From positions 1 through 61,744 of the forward strand of contig JBDHHQ010000041.1 in the NCBI GenBank assembly GCA_039589315.1: a stretch of DNA of 61,744 bases. The letters are read 5' to 3'. The notes under the pieces are model-generated. The model made no database searches, had not been told where the DNA came from, and saw only the letters and a program-made list of their open reading frames with translations. Below are positions 41,009-50,160 of this stretch, in pieces. Position 1 is the stretch's first letter, and each line of letters starts with the position of its first letter. Both the position numbers and the translations under genes were made by a program. Source of the DNA: Gemmatimonadota bacterium. GTDB lineage: Bacteria; Gemmatimonadota; Gemmatimonadetes; Longimicrobiales; Gaopeijiaceae.

Positions 41009-41343
41009 GATACGGGCGACTCTCCTTCCAGGCTTCTTCGCATCGAGCGCACCGATTGGCTCACCCCTCGGACGGGCGGGGCGTGGTACGGCGCTGCGTC
41101 CTCGTCTCGCGAAGATGCCCCGGCGCCTCGACAGCGGGCAAACAGCGGGCGGCTGAGGTGTTGCGGGCCCAACGTCTGTCGGCTGGCAAGTTTCGTTGCA
41201 GTCTGCGTTGTCCCCTGGCAGATCGTGAGGACGTCGAGCAACCCACCTGTAACGTCTCTTTCCACTCCATGTCGTCGCCCAGGCGGCACCTAACCTCCTA
41301 TAGCTTTTGTAGCAAATGACTTACGGATAATCCACCCTGCGTG

Positions 41344-41358
41344 TGGCACGGCGTCTGC
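41344..41358 (+). promoter_or_regulatory. sigma54 (-24/-12) promoter candidate
   Basis: TGGCACG-GCGT-CTGC (GG-N10-GC), preceded by an AT-rich, IHF-site-like tract at 41290-41330; upstream of ATG 41475. Confidence 0.55.
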
Positions 41359-41474
41359 CTGAAGTCAGGTCACGGGCAGGCTCCAGAGAGAGCGCACGAG
41401 CGCTCGGCGATTGACTCCGCGGAACATGCGTGGGATTCGACGCGGATCAACGAATCGGGAAAGGTGCAGGAGCG

Positions 41475-41704
41475 ATGACGAACTTCGAGACGCAGGCCAG
41501 GGGAGCACTGCGGATGCAGCCCATCCTGGGCGCGTGCATCTTCATCCTCGGCACTCTGAGCTTTGGGTGGAAACGGACACGGTTCCGAGCTACTCGATGA
41601 CGTGGGTCGTCGATCCCGACACGCCGGGCAAGGTCAAGCTCGCGGTGCAGCCCCGCACGGCTTCGTCGGACTCGCAGGCGGACACCGTCGCACGTCAGCC
41701 CTAG
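41475..41704 (+). pseudogene. small single-TM protein gene, apparently frameshifted near 41560
   Basis: AGGAG RBS; frame A MTNFETQARGALRMQPILGACIFILGTLSF.. stops at 41600; the -1 frame continues WVETDTVPSYSMTWVVDPDTPGKVKLAVQPR..* with strong GC3 bias and ends at the TAG of the CTAG repeat. Confidence 0.4.
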
Positions 41705-41735
41705 CGTGGTGCTGCAAAAGTCGTGATGCTATTCG
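41701..41735 (+). repeat. CTAG-initiated repeat, copy 2 (short)
   Basis: CTAGCGTGGTGCTGCAAAAGTCGTGATGCTATTCG, 33/35 identical to 37377-37411, same orientation. Confidence 0.7.
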
Positions 41736-41766
41736 TGATCCGCTGATCGAGCGCGCTGGCGTAGGT

Positions 41767-43371
41767 CTACCTGGCCTCGCCGCCGTCCACGCGCCACCGG
41801 GCGCTCTCCTTCGCCTCGCGCACCAATCGCAGCACGTCCTGCCGCAAGACCTCCGCGTCGTATACGATCCCGTCCTTCACCACGTAACGGATGCCCCGGG
41901 ATCGGCCGATCTCGCCAGAATCCTCGTCCACGTGATAGGTACCCGTGGCGTAGAGCACCTTGAAGTTTGCCAAGGGGTTCTCCTCGACCAGGACCAGGTC
42001 CGCCAGCTTGCCCGGCTCCACGGTGCCGAACTCCACGGACCCGCCAGACGGCTCCATGATGGTCCGAGCCCCGTCCAGCGTGCCTGTGCGAACGGCCTCG
42101 AGGGGCGTGAAGCCCGCCTCCTGGAGAATCTCCAGGTCCCTGACGAAGCTGAACCCGTACAGTGACAGCCCCACACCGGCATCGGTGCCGATGGTGACGC
42201 GCCCGCCCCGGTTCTTGAACTCGTTCACGAAGGCCATCCACCGCTGGTACATGTTCCTGTACTCGACCTCGAACTCGGTCGTCCAGTGGTAGAAGAACGC
42301 CGCGTGTACCTCTCGGCTCGGCATGAACAGGCTCATGGTCCCGGGATGAGTGTACTCGTCCATCCATGGCCCGTTCAGCGCCTTTTCCACGTCCCGGTAC
42401 GTGTTGTAGATGCTGAACGTGGGGTTGAGGGTCACCTCCGAGGCCAAGAGCGCCTCCATGACCTCTCCCCACTTCTCGCTGCCGACGTCGGCCGCGTCCT
42501 CCCAGAGGAGCCCGACCCCACGGAAGCGGTCCACCTCGTCCCGGTAGTCGTAGTCGACCAGATAGTCGGTGAGCGCCTGGTCTTCCAGCAACGCCTCGGC
42601 CAGGCCGTAGAAGTGCTCCAGGGTGGTCACCCCCGCTTTGGCCGCGTCCACCGCGTTCAGGCGCGCTACGTGGACCTGAGCCAGGTGCACGGCGGTCCCT
42701 AACCCGTGTTCGGCCGCCTCGTCGACGAGGGCGTCGAAGATGTCCGGCGGAAACCCGTAGCTCTTGAAGCCGTCCACACCCTGCTCGGCTGCCCATCGGA
42801 CGTACGCGCGGGCCGACTCCGGCGTGGTGATCGGCCCACCGTTCCATCCCGGCTGCTGCCGAGTGTACGCCGGGTCGGTGCGTGCGTACACGAAGACGCG
42901 TGGAGCGACGATCTCGTTCCGCTCCGAGCGCTGGCGCAGCTCCACGGACTCGGCGATGCCCCGGTGGGACGCCGCGTCCCTCACCGTCGTGATCCCGTGG
43001 GCCAGCCACAGCTTGAAGATGTACTCGGGAGGCAGCCCCTGGGGCTGGTCCCGGATGTGGCCGTGCATGTCGACGAAGCCCGGGAGCACGTACATGCCCG
43101 AGGCGTCGATGACCCGGTCGGCTTCCACATCCAGGGGCGGACCGTTCCAGCTGCGCACGGCGGTGATGCGGTTCCCCTCGATCAGGATGTCCGTGCCACT
43201 GATGGGGGGAGCGCCGCTACCATCGACCAGCGTGGCGCCGCGTATCAGCAGCCGCTGATAGGGCCCCTGGGAAAGCTCGGATTCCTGAGCGCCTGCCCCA
43301 GTGGACGAGGTCGCGATGGCCGCAACCATGGCGAGAAGAGCAGCCGAAGCGAGACGTGTCGACGTGAGCAT
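41767..43371 (-). CDS. secreted amidohydrolase-family protein
   Basis: Signal peptide AGA-Q; YVLPGFVDMHGH, TTLEHFYG, IGTDAG, GTVEPGKLADLVLVEENPL; 534 aa. Confidence 0.9.
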   Translation of the reverse strand: MLTSTRLASAALLAMVAAIATSSTGAGAQESELSQGPYQRLLIRGATLVDGSGAPPISGTDILIEGNRITAVRSWNGPPLDVEADRVIDASGMYVLPGFVDMHGHIRDQPQGLPPEYIFKLWLAHGITTVRDAASHRGIAESVELRQRSERNEIVAPRVFVYARTDPAYTRQQPGWNGGPITTPESARAYVRWAAEQGVDGFKSYGFPPDIFDALVDEAAEHGLGTAVHLAQVHVARLNAVDAAKAGVTTLEHFYGLAEALLEDQALTDYLVDYDYRDEVDRFRGVGLLWEDAADVGSEKWGEVMEALLASEVTLNPTFSIYNTYRDVEKALNGPWMDEYTHPGTMSLFMPSREVHAAFFYHWTTEFEVEYRNMYQRWMAFVNEFKNRGGRVTIGTDAGVGLSLYGFSFVRDLEILQEAGFTPLEAVRTGTLDGARTIMEPSGGSVEFGTVEPGKLADLVLVEENPLANFKVLYATGTYHVDEDSGEIGRSRGIRYVVKDGIVYDAEVLRQDVLRLVREAKESARWRVDGGEAR

Positions 43372-43914
43372 GCGGTCCTCCGGGAGTGCTGCCGACCTGT
43401 GGTGGCCGTGGCAACATGCCGGTGAAATGCGCCGCTCACAACGTAACCGGGTGGGAGGCCCGCCGTCCGCTCCGCTCCTCTAGGGTTCTGGGCCAGCGCT
43501 GACTGGCGACCGGGGTTACCCCGGTCGGCGGGGCCGTCCCACCCGGTCTCTCGACAACGGGTCCGTCTCGGAGCCCATCTGTTGCATCAATCTACCGGCA
43601 GGAGATGTCCTGGAGGATGTCAGGATGGGACGCGTTCTTCTGCGGTTCATCGGCGGCGGCGTCCACGACCTGTAAGAGGACAGCCACTGACCCGCCCAGG
43701 GAGTCAGAGCACCTGGGAACCGTTGGCCGACCGGCGCTCGGCAGACGTGCGGGCGCCCTCGTTCCCGGAGGGTGGCGGGCGCTCGCCCCCCTTCGCTGTG
43801 GGGATTCCCCCTCCTGGCAGCAGAGGAGAAGCCCCGACTTCGCTCACCCCACCCGCGCACGAATATTGCAAACATTCGGTTCTCTAGATTGCCCCACGGT
43901 CGGAGAACGCTTGG

Positions 43915-44934
43915 ATGGCGCCGAGAACTTGGACATATGTCACGCTGACCGGATTGGTCGTCGCACTCGGTGTGGCGTGCCAGGACCAGTGGCCCGAGCC
44001 GCTGGACCCACAGCCGCAGGCCGCAAAGGGCTCATGCCCGCCGGGTCAGGTGAAGAAGGGGTGCACCAACGAACCCCCGACCGAGCCCCCCGCTGACCTC
44101 CACCTTCCCCCGGTGGTCGTCGATCAGATGATCTCGCCCCTCCGGCTGGGGCACACACCGATGGGGTGGATCCTTCTCACGGATTCGCGTCTGCAGATGG
44201 TCCTTCGCATCGACCCTGGGACGCTGCAGCCCATCGAAGGATTCGAGACGTCCGGGCGTCCGCTGGGTGTCACGGGGCTGGGTGAGTCGATCTTCGTCGG
44301 AAACGCCACCGACCAAACGATCGACGTCTACAGCGCCGCCGGTGGCGGCTTCACCACCACCTTCGGCCCGGGCGCCGTGCATTACCCGGCCGACCTCGAG
44401 GCCGACTTCAACGTGAATCTGATCTTCGCGCTGGACGGCGGGCGCCGCGACGTCCGCGTCTTCGACCCCGAGGGTCAGCTGATCAGCGTGATCTCGGGCC
44501 CCGGTACCGCCGACGATCAACTCGAGAATCCCACGGCCTTGGGCCTCGACCCCGTCCGGCAATGGGTCATGGTGAGCGACTATGGTTCCTTGGACGGCGG
44601 AATCGCGTCGCTGAAGATCTTCGGGTATGACGGCACCTTCCTGACCCGTGTCTCCGGTGAGGGCAGCTGCGGCATGCTGGGGTGCTCGGGAGGCTTCTCC
44701 CGGCCCCAGGGCGCCGAGGTGGACGCGGCAGGTCTGGTCTATCTACCCGACGCCTTGCTGGCGCAGGTGCTCGTCTTCGACCCGGCCACCTGGGATCAGA
44801 CGGACACATACGGCACCCGGGGGTTCCTGCGCGTTCCGACCGACGTCCGCGTCGACGACCTGGGCGACCTCTTCGTCGCCAGCAACAGAACCCGGGACGT
44901 CAAGGTCTTCCGTGGAGTGGGCGGCGCGCCATGA
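43915..44934 (+). CDS. NHL-repeat beta-propeller lipoprotein
   Basis: Lipobox GVAC; CPPGQVKKGC; NHL-like repeats (LENPTALGLDP, FSRPQGAEVDAAGLVYLPD, LRVPTDVRVDDLGDLFVAS); 339 aa. Confidence 0.85.
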   Translation: MAPRTWTYVTLTGLVVALGVACQDQWPEPLDPQPQAAKGSCPPGQVKKGCTNEPPTEPPADLHLPPVVVDQMISPLRLGHTPMGWILLTDSRLQMVLRIDPGTLQPIEGFETSGRPLGVTGLGESIFVGNATDQTIDVYSAAGGGFTTTFGPGAVHYPADLEADFNVNLIFALDGGRRDVRVFDPEGQLISVISGPGTADDQLENPTALGLDPVRQWVMVSDYGSLDGGIASLKIFGYDGTFLTRVSGEGSCGMLGCSGGFSRPQGAEVDAAGLVYLPDALLAQVLVFDPATWDQTDTYGTRGFLRVPTDVRVDDLGDLFVASNRTRDVKVFRGVGGAP

Positions 44935-46925
44935 GGACGCCGCTGCGTATCGGCTGGCTGCTGGTTGGTGCCATAGTGGGCGCGCCGCTGCTTCCCAGTG
45001 CCCCCAATCAGCTCGAGGCCCAGACTCCAAAGCACGGCTGCGACGTGTGCCACAACCTTCACGGAGGCAGCTACAGTGCGCTCTCCGACCACGCGGTGGC
45101 AGAGGAACTTTGTATCACCTGCCACGGTGACGGCGGCCCGCAGGGGGTGCCCAAGCAGGAAGGCATCCACGACGGGCTCAAGCACACCACACCCACGAGC
45201 TGCTGGGACTGTCACGACCATGAGGGTTCGGCGGGCTCCAACCTCTTCATGATCCCGGAGGTTCGGGAGGACCTGCCGCAGGGCGGCTCGGCCACCGTCA
45301 CGTTCCAGAACAACGCCGCTCAAGCGGACTTCATCGGTACGGAAGGGGTGTGCTACGTCTGCCACACGGACCCGGGGACCCAAGCCAACGGTTTCGCCGG
45401 CCACAACGGACCGGACGTCTGCACCAACTGCCACACCCACGATGGCGGCTTCCAGGGTGCCGGCGGCGCGTGCTCCGATTGCCACAACTCCACTCGGCTG
45501 GCTAGCGGCCACACTCACGCCCCTCGCCGGCAGGTCATAGGCACCGGTGGGGACTACGACCGCACGAGCGTGCACGTGACGAACGTGACCGACGACGACT
45601 GCGTGGTCTGCCACGACCAGCGCACCGACCACAGCACGGACGACCTCGGCGTGCTCCTGTACGACCACGACGATGGTACGTCCATCGAGCTCACGCACGA
45701 CGGTGATCCCAACACCAATTCCACGGAAGCGGCGAAGCTCGAGCAGTTCTGCCTCGGTTGCCACGGCGACGGAAGCGCCGACAAGACGGGTGTGACGTTC
45801 CCCACGGGCGCGGGCGCGGCGCAGCCGTTCACCGGCCTAGCGACGATACCGGGTGTGGATTCGTTGGTGTGGGCCGCCTCATCCCACGAGGGGAATCTCA
45901 CCGGCGGTTGCTACGGCGACGGTGCCTTCGGCTGCCACGGCAACGGCCACGGCTCCGAAAAGCTCGACCTACTGGCGCCGTCCAGCTTCGCGCCCGACCC
46001 CATCACCCTCTACGAGGAGGAAGAGGGCTTCTGCTTCGGCTGCCACGACGGAACGGTCACGGGCGCAGCCAACATCAAGGCGCAGTTCGACTCGACGACG
46101 ATCAACTGGTCGGAGAGCGAATGGGGGCTGAACCAGATCACCACATTCAACGATCGCCACGACGTCTCACACGCCGCATCGCGGGTGAGTGGTGCCAAGA
46201 TCGAGTGCGTGAACTGTCACCGACCCCACGCGGACAACAGCTCTCAAAAATACAACCCGGATCCGGACCCGGCGAACACGCCGCCCTCCTGGACCGGCCA
46301 GTCAGCGATGGATGCCTTCTGCGCGGACTGCCACGACGGGACGCTCCCTACCGGCGTCCAGGACCACACGGGCGGCCCCATGACCAACGTGGCCAATGCG
46401 TGGGCGAACGTGGACAGGATGGGGGCCGTGGCCGACATGGGCAGTGCCCTCCTACAGGAGTACATGCTGGTGGAGAAGACGGTGGGAGCCGGCGGCACGA
46501 ATGCGTCCAGCGATGGCGGGGGGGACATGGACCTGGTGTCGATCTCGAGCGAGTTCGGGACCAACATGGTCCTGAACTGCACGCAATGTCACCGTCCACA
46601 CCCCAAGGCGGCCGCCGACTGGCCCGGCGCCCACAAGTACGACCTTCTGAGCTTCCAGGATTCTATCCGCCTGAGCGACGGAAGAGCCATCGCCTATCCG
46701 ACGTCCGTCACGGAAGCGAGCATGGGCAGCCCGGCTGTCTACACCGGCGCGGTCTGGGACACGGGCCTAATCACGGACTCTAACGAGGCCGGCAGTTCGG
46801 ATCTGACCAAGGGCGGCTTCCTTTGCAACAACTGTCACGAAAAGGAGGCCATGAACGGCAAGACCGCTGGCTGCGCCACGGGCGGAGGGTGCCACTCACA
46901 CGGAGCCTCGATGACGGGAATGTAG
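44931..46925 (+). CDS. secreted multiheme cytochrome c (13 CxxCH plus CX7CH and CX5CH)
   Basis: ATGA overlap with the NHL gene; signal peptide LEA-Q; CDVCH, CITCH, CWDCH, CYVCH, CTNCH, CSDCH, CVVCH, CLGCH, CFGCH, CVNCH, CADCH, CTQCH, CNNCH, plus CYGDGAFGCH and CATGGGCH; 664 aa. Confidence 0.93.
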   Translation: MRTPLRIGWLLVGAIVGAPLLPSAPNQLEAQTPKHGCDVCHNLHGGSYSALSDHAVAEELCITCHGDGGPQGVPKQEGIHDGLKHTTPTSCWDCHDHEGSAGSNLFMIPEVREDLPQGGSATVTFQNNAAQADFIGTEGVCYVCHTDPGTQANGFAGHNGPDVCTNCHTHDGGFQGAGGACSDCHNSTRLASGHTHAPRRQVIGTGGDYDRTSVHVTNVTDDDCVVCHDQRTDHSTDDLGVLLYDHDDGTSIELTHDGDPNTNSTEAAKLEQFCLGCHGDGSADKTGVTFPTGAGAAQPFTGLATIPGVDSLVWAASSHEGNLTGGCYGDGAFGCHGNGHGSEKLDLLAPSSFAPDPITLYEEEEGFCFGCHDGTVTGAANIKAQFDSTTINWSESEWGLNQITTFNDRHDVSHAASRVSGAKIECVNCHRPHADNSSQKYNPDPDPANTPPSWTGQSAMDAFCADCHDGTLPTGVQDHTGGPMTNVANAWANVDRMGAVADMGSALLQEYMLVEKTVGAGGTNASSDGGGDMDLVSISSEFGTNMVLNCTQCHRPHPKAAADWPGAHKYDLLSFQDSIRLSDGRAIAYPTSVTEASMGSPAVYTGAVWDTGLITDSNEAGSSDLTKGGFLCNNCHEKEAMNGKTAGCATGGGCHSHGASMTGM

Positions 46926-46934
46926 CGGCCATCC

Positions 46935-49922
46935 CTATCCCTGGAGCTCGCTGCGCCGGTCCGCCCTGGCCAGCGCGGCGAGTTGGCGGAAGAACGTGTC
47001 GTCGGCTCCTCCCGCGAACATCCGGGCTCGATGGGCATCCCATCGATCGAGCGCGACCTGGGCGTTTCCCAGCCCGATGTGCGCCGCCATGACCGAAGCT
47101 ACCAGATAGCGCAGCCGTGCCCTTCCCAGATGCTCCACGCTTCCGTCGGCGAGCAGCGGGTCACCCACGGCCACCACCGCCTCGGCCTCTCTGGCCCCTA
47201 TGGCTCGGTAGAGTCGCATCCAAGCCTCGTCTTCGCTCCTCATGATCTCCATGCACGGAAGCGTGTCCAGGGCGTCCCAGACCGCCACCAACTCGGGCGG
47301 CCGGAGGTCCGCGACAATGGCCGCAGCGATGAGGTGCACAGCGGACGCCGCCTCCTCTCGGCTCCCCGCATCGACACACTGCTGATATAGGCCTCGAGCA
47401 TTCGCCCAGGCCCGCTGGACGGGTCCTTCAGGAAGAGAGGCGGGTGCGGTGAGGCCCGTGACGAGATCGCGGAACGCCATCGCCGTCAGGACGCGAGCGG
47501 AGTAGAAGAAGAGGTCCGAGGTCGTCACGCTCGTCCGGTTCCGGGTGGGAGCCGTCTCACCCAGGAGCTCGAGGACGGGGAGCGGCTGCACGTAGAGGCG
47601 AAGGAGCTCCGTGGCGTTGCGCTGCATGAACTGGTCGCGTGCGGCCAACTGATCCACGTCGGGTCGGAAGTCCGAGTTCGGTCGTGCGCCGTAGAGGTCA
47701 CCGAGCGGGCCGAAGGTCCGTTGCGTGCCCGCCAGCCGGATCTCCAAGTCCTGTGCCGTTCGGACGTGAATCTGGGAGAGGTCCTGAAGGAGAGCGGGGG
47801 AGATCGACGACCCCGTCGCGATCCTGGGGGGCCGTGCTTCGATCGTACCGACCAGGAGGAGATCTCCGTCCGTGCCCGCGTAGACGTCGAAGTATGGGAA
47901 GGCGGTCCGCAACGCTTCGAGAATCGAGACGACTCGCCTGGTATCGATCACGGGTAGCTGAAGCCACTGGACCAACACGCCTCCTGGAGCCAGAGAGCTG
48001 GCTGCCAGCCGGTAGAATTCCCTCGAAAAGAGGGCCGAGTTCCCCGACACCCATGGGTTCGAGGGTTGGGTCACGATCACGTCGAAGGCCGTCCGCGAGG
48101 TGGCCAGGAAGGCGCGGGCGTCTTCGATGACGATTCGGCTGCGTGGGTCTTCGAAGGTGCGCTCGTTCCTCGGCGCGAAGGCCGGGGCCAACTCGACGAT
48201 CGCGGCCTCGATCTCCACGGTGGTCACGCTCTCCAGGGCGTCCGAGGCGAGCAGGACGTGTGAGGTGATGCCCGAGCCCATCCCGATGTTGAGCGCGGTT
48301 CGGGCCTCGGGCTTCAACAGCACCGGCAGCCCCCCGAGCAGGGTGCCCACTACCTCGTCCGCGGACGGAGGAAGCTCAGGCCAGATCGTGATCGAGGCAG
48401 CGGGCTTGCCGTTCGTGCGGATGCTTCGGTTCTCGAGGCGATCCAGGACGCTGATCGTGGCCGTGCGACCGTCACGCTGATCCAGGACGGACGCCTCGCT
48501 GAAGTCCGCCAGCCTGGCGATCCGGCGGTACACCCCCGAGTTCAGGACGACGGGGTCCAACGACACCAGGAGCATTGTTGCGATGACCGCTGCGATCGCC
48601 CCTGAGGAGACCAGAACCGGCCTCCCGCGCTGACGTGCCGGACACATCAGCCAGAGGAGCCCGAGCCCCACGGCTACGTCGAGCCCTGCGCCGAAGGCCA
48701 GCGTGCCCTTCAAGCCCAGCACGGGAAGACCGACGTGCACCGCCGCCAGGGCTCCGACGACCGCGCCCATCGTGTTCCAGGCGTAGACGCGACCGATGCT
48801 CCGCTCACCGCCCCCGCCGTCCCGCATCAGGATCAGGGTGACCAGCGGCAGCGTCATACCGGCACAAAACGTCGCCGGCAACATGACGCTCAGAGCCATC
48901 CCGTGGCTGAAGAAGCTGAAGATCGCGTACCCGACTTCCGTCGGCGGGAGGTTGAACAACAGCCCGTCCATGAACGAGAACAGCCCCCGGTAGACCGGCA
49001 GCGTCGCGACCGCCAACACACCCATGGCGATCTGCACGTGAGCGAGAAACCGAACCGGCGAATCCAACCGGTCGATCCTGCGACGGATCCAGAGTCCCCC
49101 CAGCGCGATGCCGAGGATGAAGGCGCTCAGCATGAGCTCGAACGCATGGGTCGAGCTGCTGAGCACGAGGCTGAGCATCCGGATCCACGCGATCTCGTAG
49201 ATGAACGAGGCGAGGCCGGTCAGCGCTGCGACGGCCACGAGGATTCCGGCATGTCCGCGCCCCATCGCGGCCATCGAGTCCAACCGCCTCGTCTGAGGCA
49301 CCGGATCCGGTCCTCCGCCGACCGATCGCCACACGTAAGCCGCCAGGGTCAGGTTCAGGAGCCCGGCCGCGACCATCGCGCCGGGAAGCCCCCACCACCG
49401 CACGAGGAAAAATCCGCTGGCCAGCACGCCGACCGCACCGCCGAGCGCGTTGGCGAAGTAGAGCAGCGCCAGGCTCCCACCCGGTTCCTCAGGATATCTT
49501 CTGATCAGCCCTGCGCTCATGAGCGGGAAGGTCATCCCGAGCAACACCGAAGGCGGCAGAATCAGAAGGACCGCCCCCGTCCAGGCGGCAAACCGCAGCG
49601 TGTCCGACGACAATCCCGAGAGCAGCCCGGACTCGAAGAGCGCCGACTGGAGCGTGACGAAGGCCGGATGGAAGCCGAGCGCCAGCAGCCCGAGGACGCC
49701 CTCGACCAGCGCATAGCCGCGGATCAGCCGAGTCCAGCGGTCCGTGCTTCTGCTGACCCACCACGCACCCAGCGCCGTACCTCCCATGAAGACCGCGAGC
49801 ACCAGGCTCTGCGCGTACGCCGCCGCCCCGAGGAGAACCCGAAGGTAGTGCGACCAGACCGACTCGTAGATCAGCCCGGCAAAGCCGGAAGCCCCGAACA
49901 CGACGATCAGCGCCGTCCTCAT
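46935..49922 (-). CDS. fused multi-TM (MFS-like) / spermidine-synthase-like protein
   Basis: SGFAGLIYESVW, LLGMTFPL, LYFANALGG, repeated as TGLASFIYEIAW / VYAWNTMGAVVG; SpeE-like domain NGKPAAS, IGMGSGIT, VEIE, EDAR, QPSNPWVSGNSALFSREFY; 995 aa. Confidence 0.9.
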   Translation of the reverse strand: MRTALIVVFGASGFAGLIYESVWSHYLRVLLGAAAYAQSLVLAVFMGGTALGAWWVSRSTDRWTRLIRGYALVEGVLGLLALGFHPAFVTLQSALFESGLLSGLSSDTLRFAAWTGAVLLILPPSVLLGMTFPLMSAGLIRRYPEEPGGSLALLYFANALGGAVGVLASGFFLVRWWGLPGAMVAAGLLNLTLAAYVWRSVGGGPDPVPQTRRLDSMAAMGRGHAGILVAVAALTGLASFIYEIAWIRMLSLVLSSSTHAFELMLSAFILGIALGGLWIRRRIDRLDSPVRFLAHVQIAMGVLAVATLPVYRGLFSFMDGLLFNLPPTEVGYAIFSFFSHGMALSVMLPATFCAGMTLPLVTLILMRDGGGGERSIGRVYAWNTMGAVVGALAAVHVGLPVLGLKGTLAFGAGLDVAVGLGLLWLMCPARQRGRPVLVSSGAIAAVIATMLLVSLDPVVLNSGVYRRIARLADFSEASVLDQRDGRTATISVLDRLENRSIRTNGKPAASITIWPELPPSADEVVGTLLGGLPVLLKPEARTALNIGMGSGITSHVLLASDALESVTTVEIEAAIVELAPAFAPRNERTFEDPRSRIVIEDARAFLATSRTAFDVIVTQPSNPWVSGNSALFSREFYRLAASSLAPGGVLVQWLQLPVIDTRRVVSILEALRTAFPYFDVYAGTDGDLLLVGTIEARPPRIATGSSISPALLQDLSQIHVRTAQDLEIRLAGTQRTFGPLGDLYGARPNSDFRPDVDQLAARDQFMQRNATELLRLYVQPLPVLELLGETAPTRNRTSVTTSDLFFYSARVLTAMAFRDLVTGLTAPASLPEGPVQRAWANARGLYQQCVDAGSREEAASAVHLIAAAIVADLRPPELVAVWDALDTLPCMEIMRSEDEAWMRLYRAIGAREAEAVVAVGDPLLADGSVEHLGRARLRYLVASVMAAHIGLGNAQVALDRWDAHRARMFAGGADDTFFRQLAALARADRRSELQG

Positions 49923-50160
49923 ACGCTCGCACCCAGCGGTGAGCCGTGCGCGCTTGCCGGCACGGGTAGGGCGAGAGGGCGGCTCAAGAGGCGCTCTCGG
50001 GGCTTCGACCCCAACCGCTGTGGGGTGATCCCCCACGGACGGAGCGGGTCATTTCCCCCCAACGGATGTGAGTCCTTCTGTATCGCACGGAACCCCGTTG
50101 CAGAAGCATATTTGGATAACATGCGGAACGATTCGAGCAGACAGTGAGTCGAGAACCGGC

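Noticed and set aside
37377..41735. 35-bp repeats as a CRISPR array
   Set aside because: Only two copies 4.3 kb apart, no spacer periodicity and no cas genes.
43480..43530. GGGGTTACC hairpin upstream of the cytochrome operon as a c-di-GMP-I/GEMM riboswitch
   Set aside because: It is a simple 9-bp palindrome (43507-43527); the GGCAAA, GNRA and GACGCAAAG elements are not present. An Rfam/Infernal scan would settle it.
43855..43870. GCGCACGAATATTGCA as a sigma54 promoter for the NHL-cytochrome operon
   Set aside because: Good -12 and CACG, but the essentially invariant -24 GG is CG; not called.
50087..50101. CGGAACCCCGTTGC upstream of the nap operon as a sigma54 promoter; also searched for an FNR box
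   Set aside because: GG-to-GC spacing is 9 rather than 10; no TTGAT-N4-ATCAA was found by eye.
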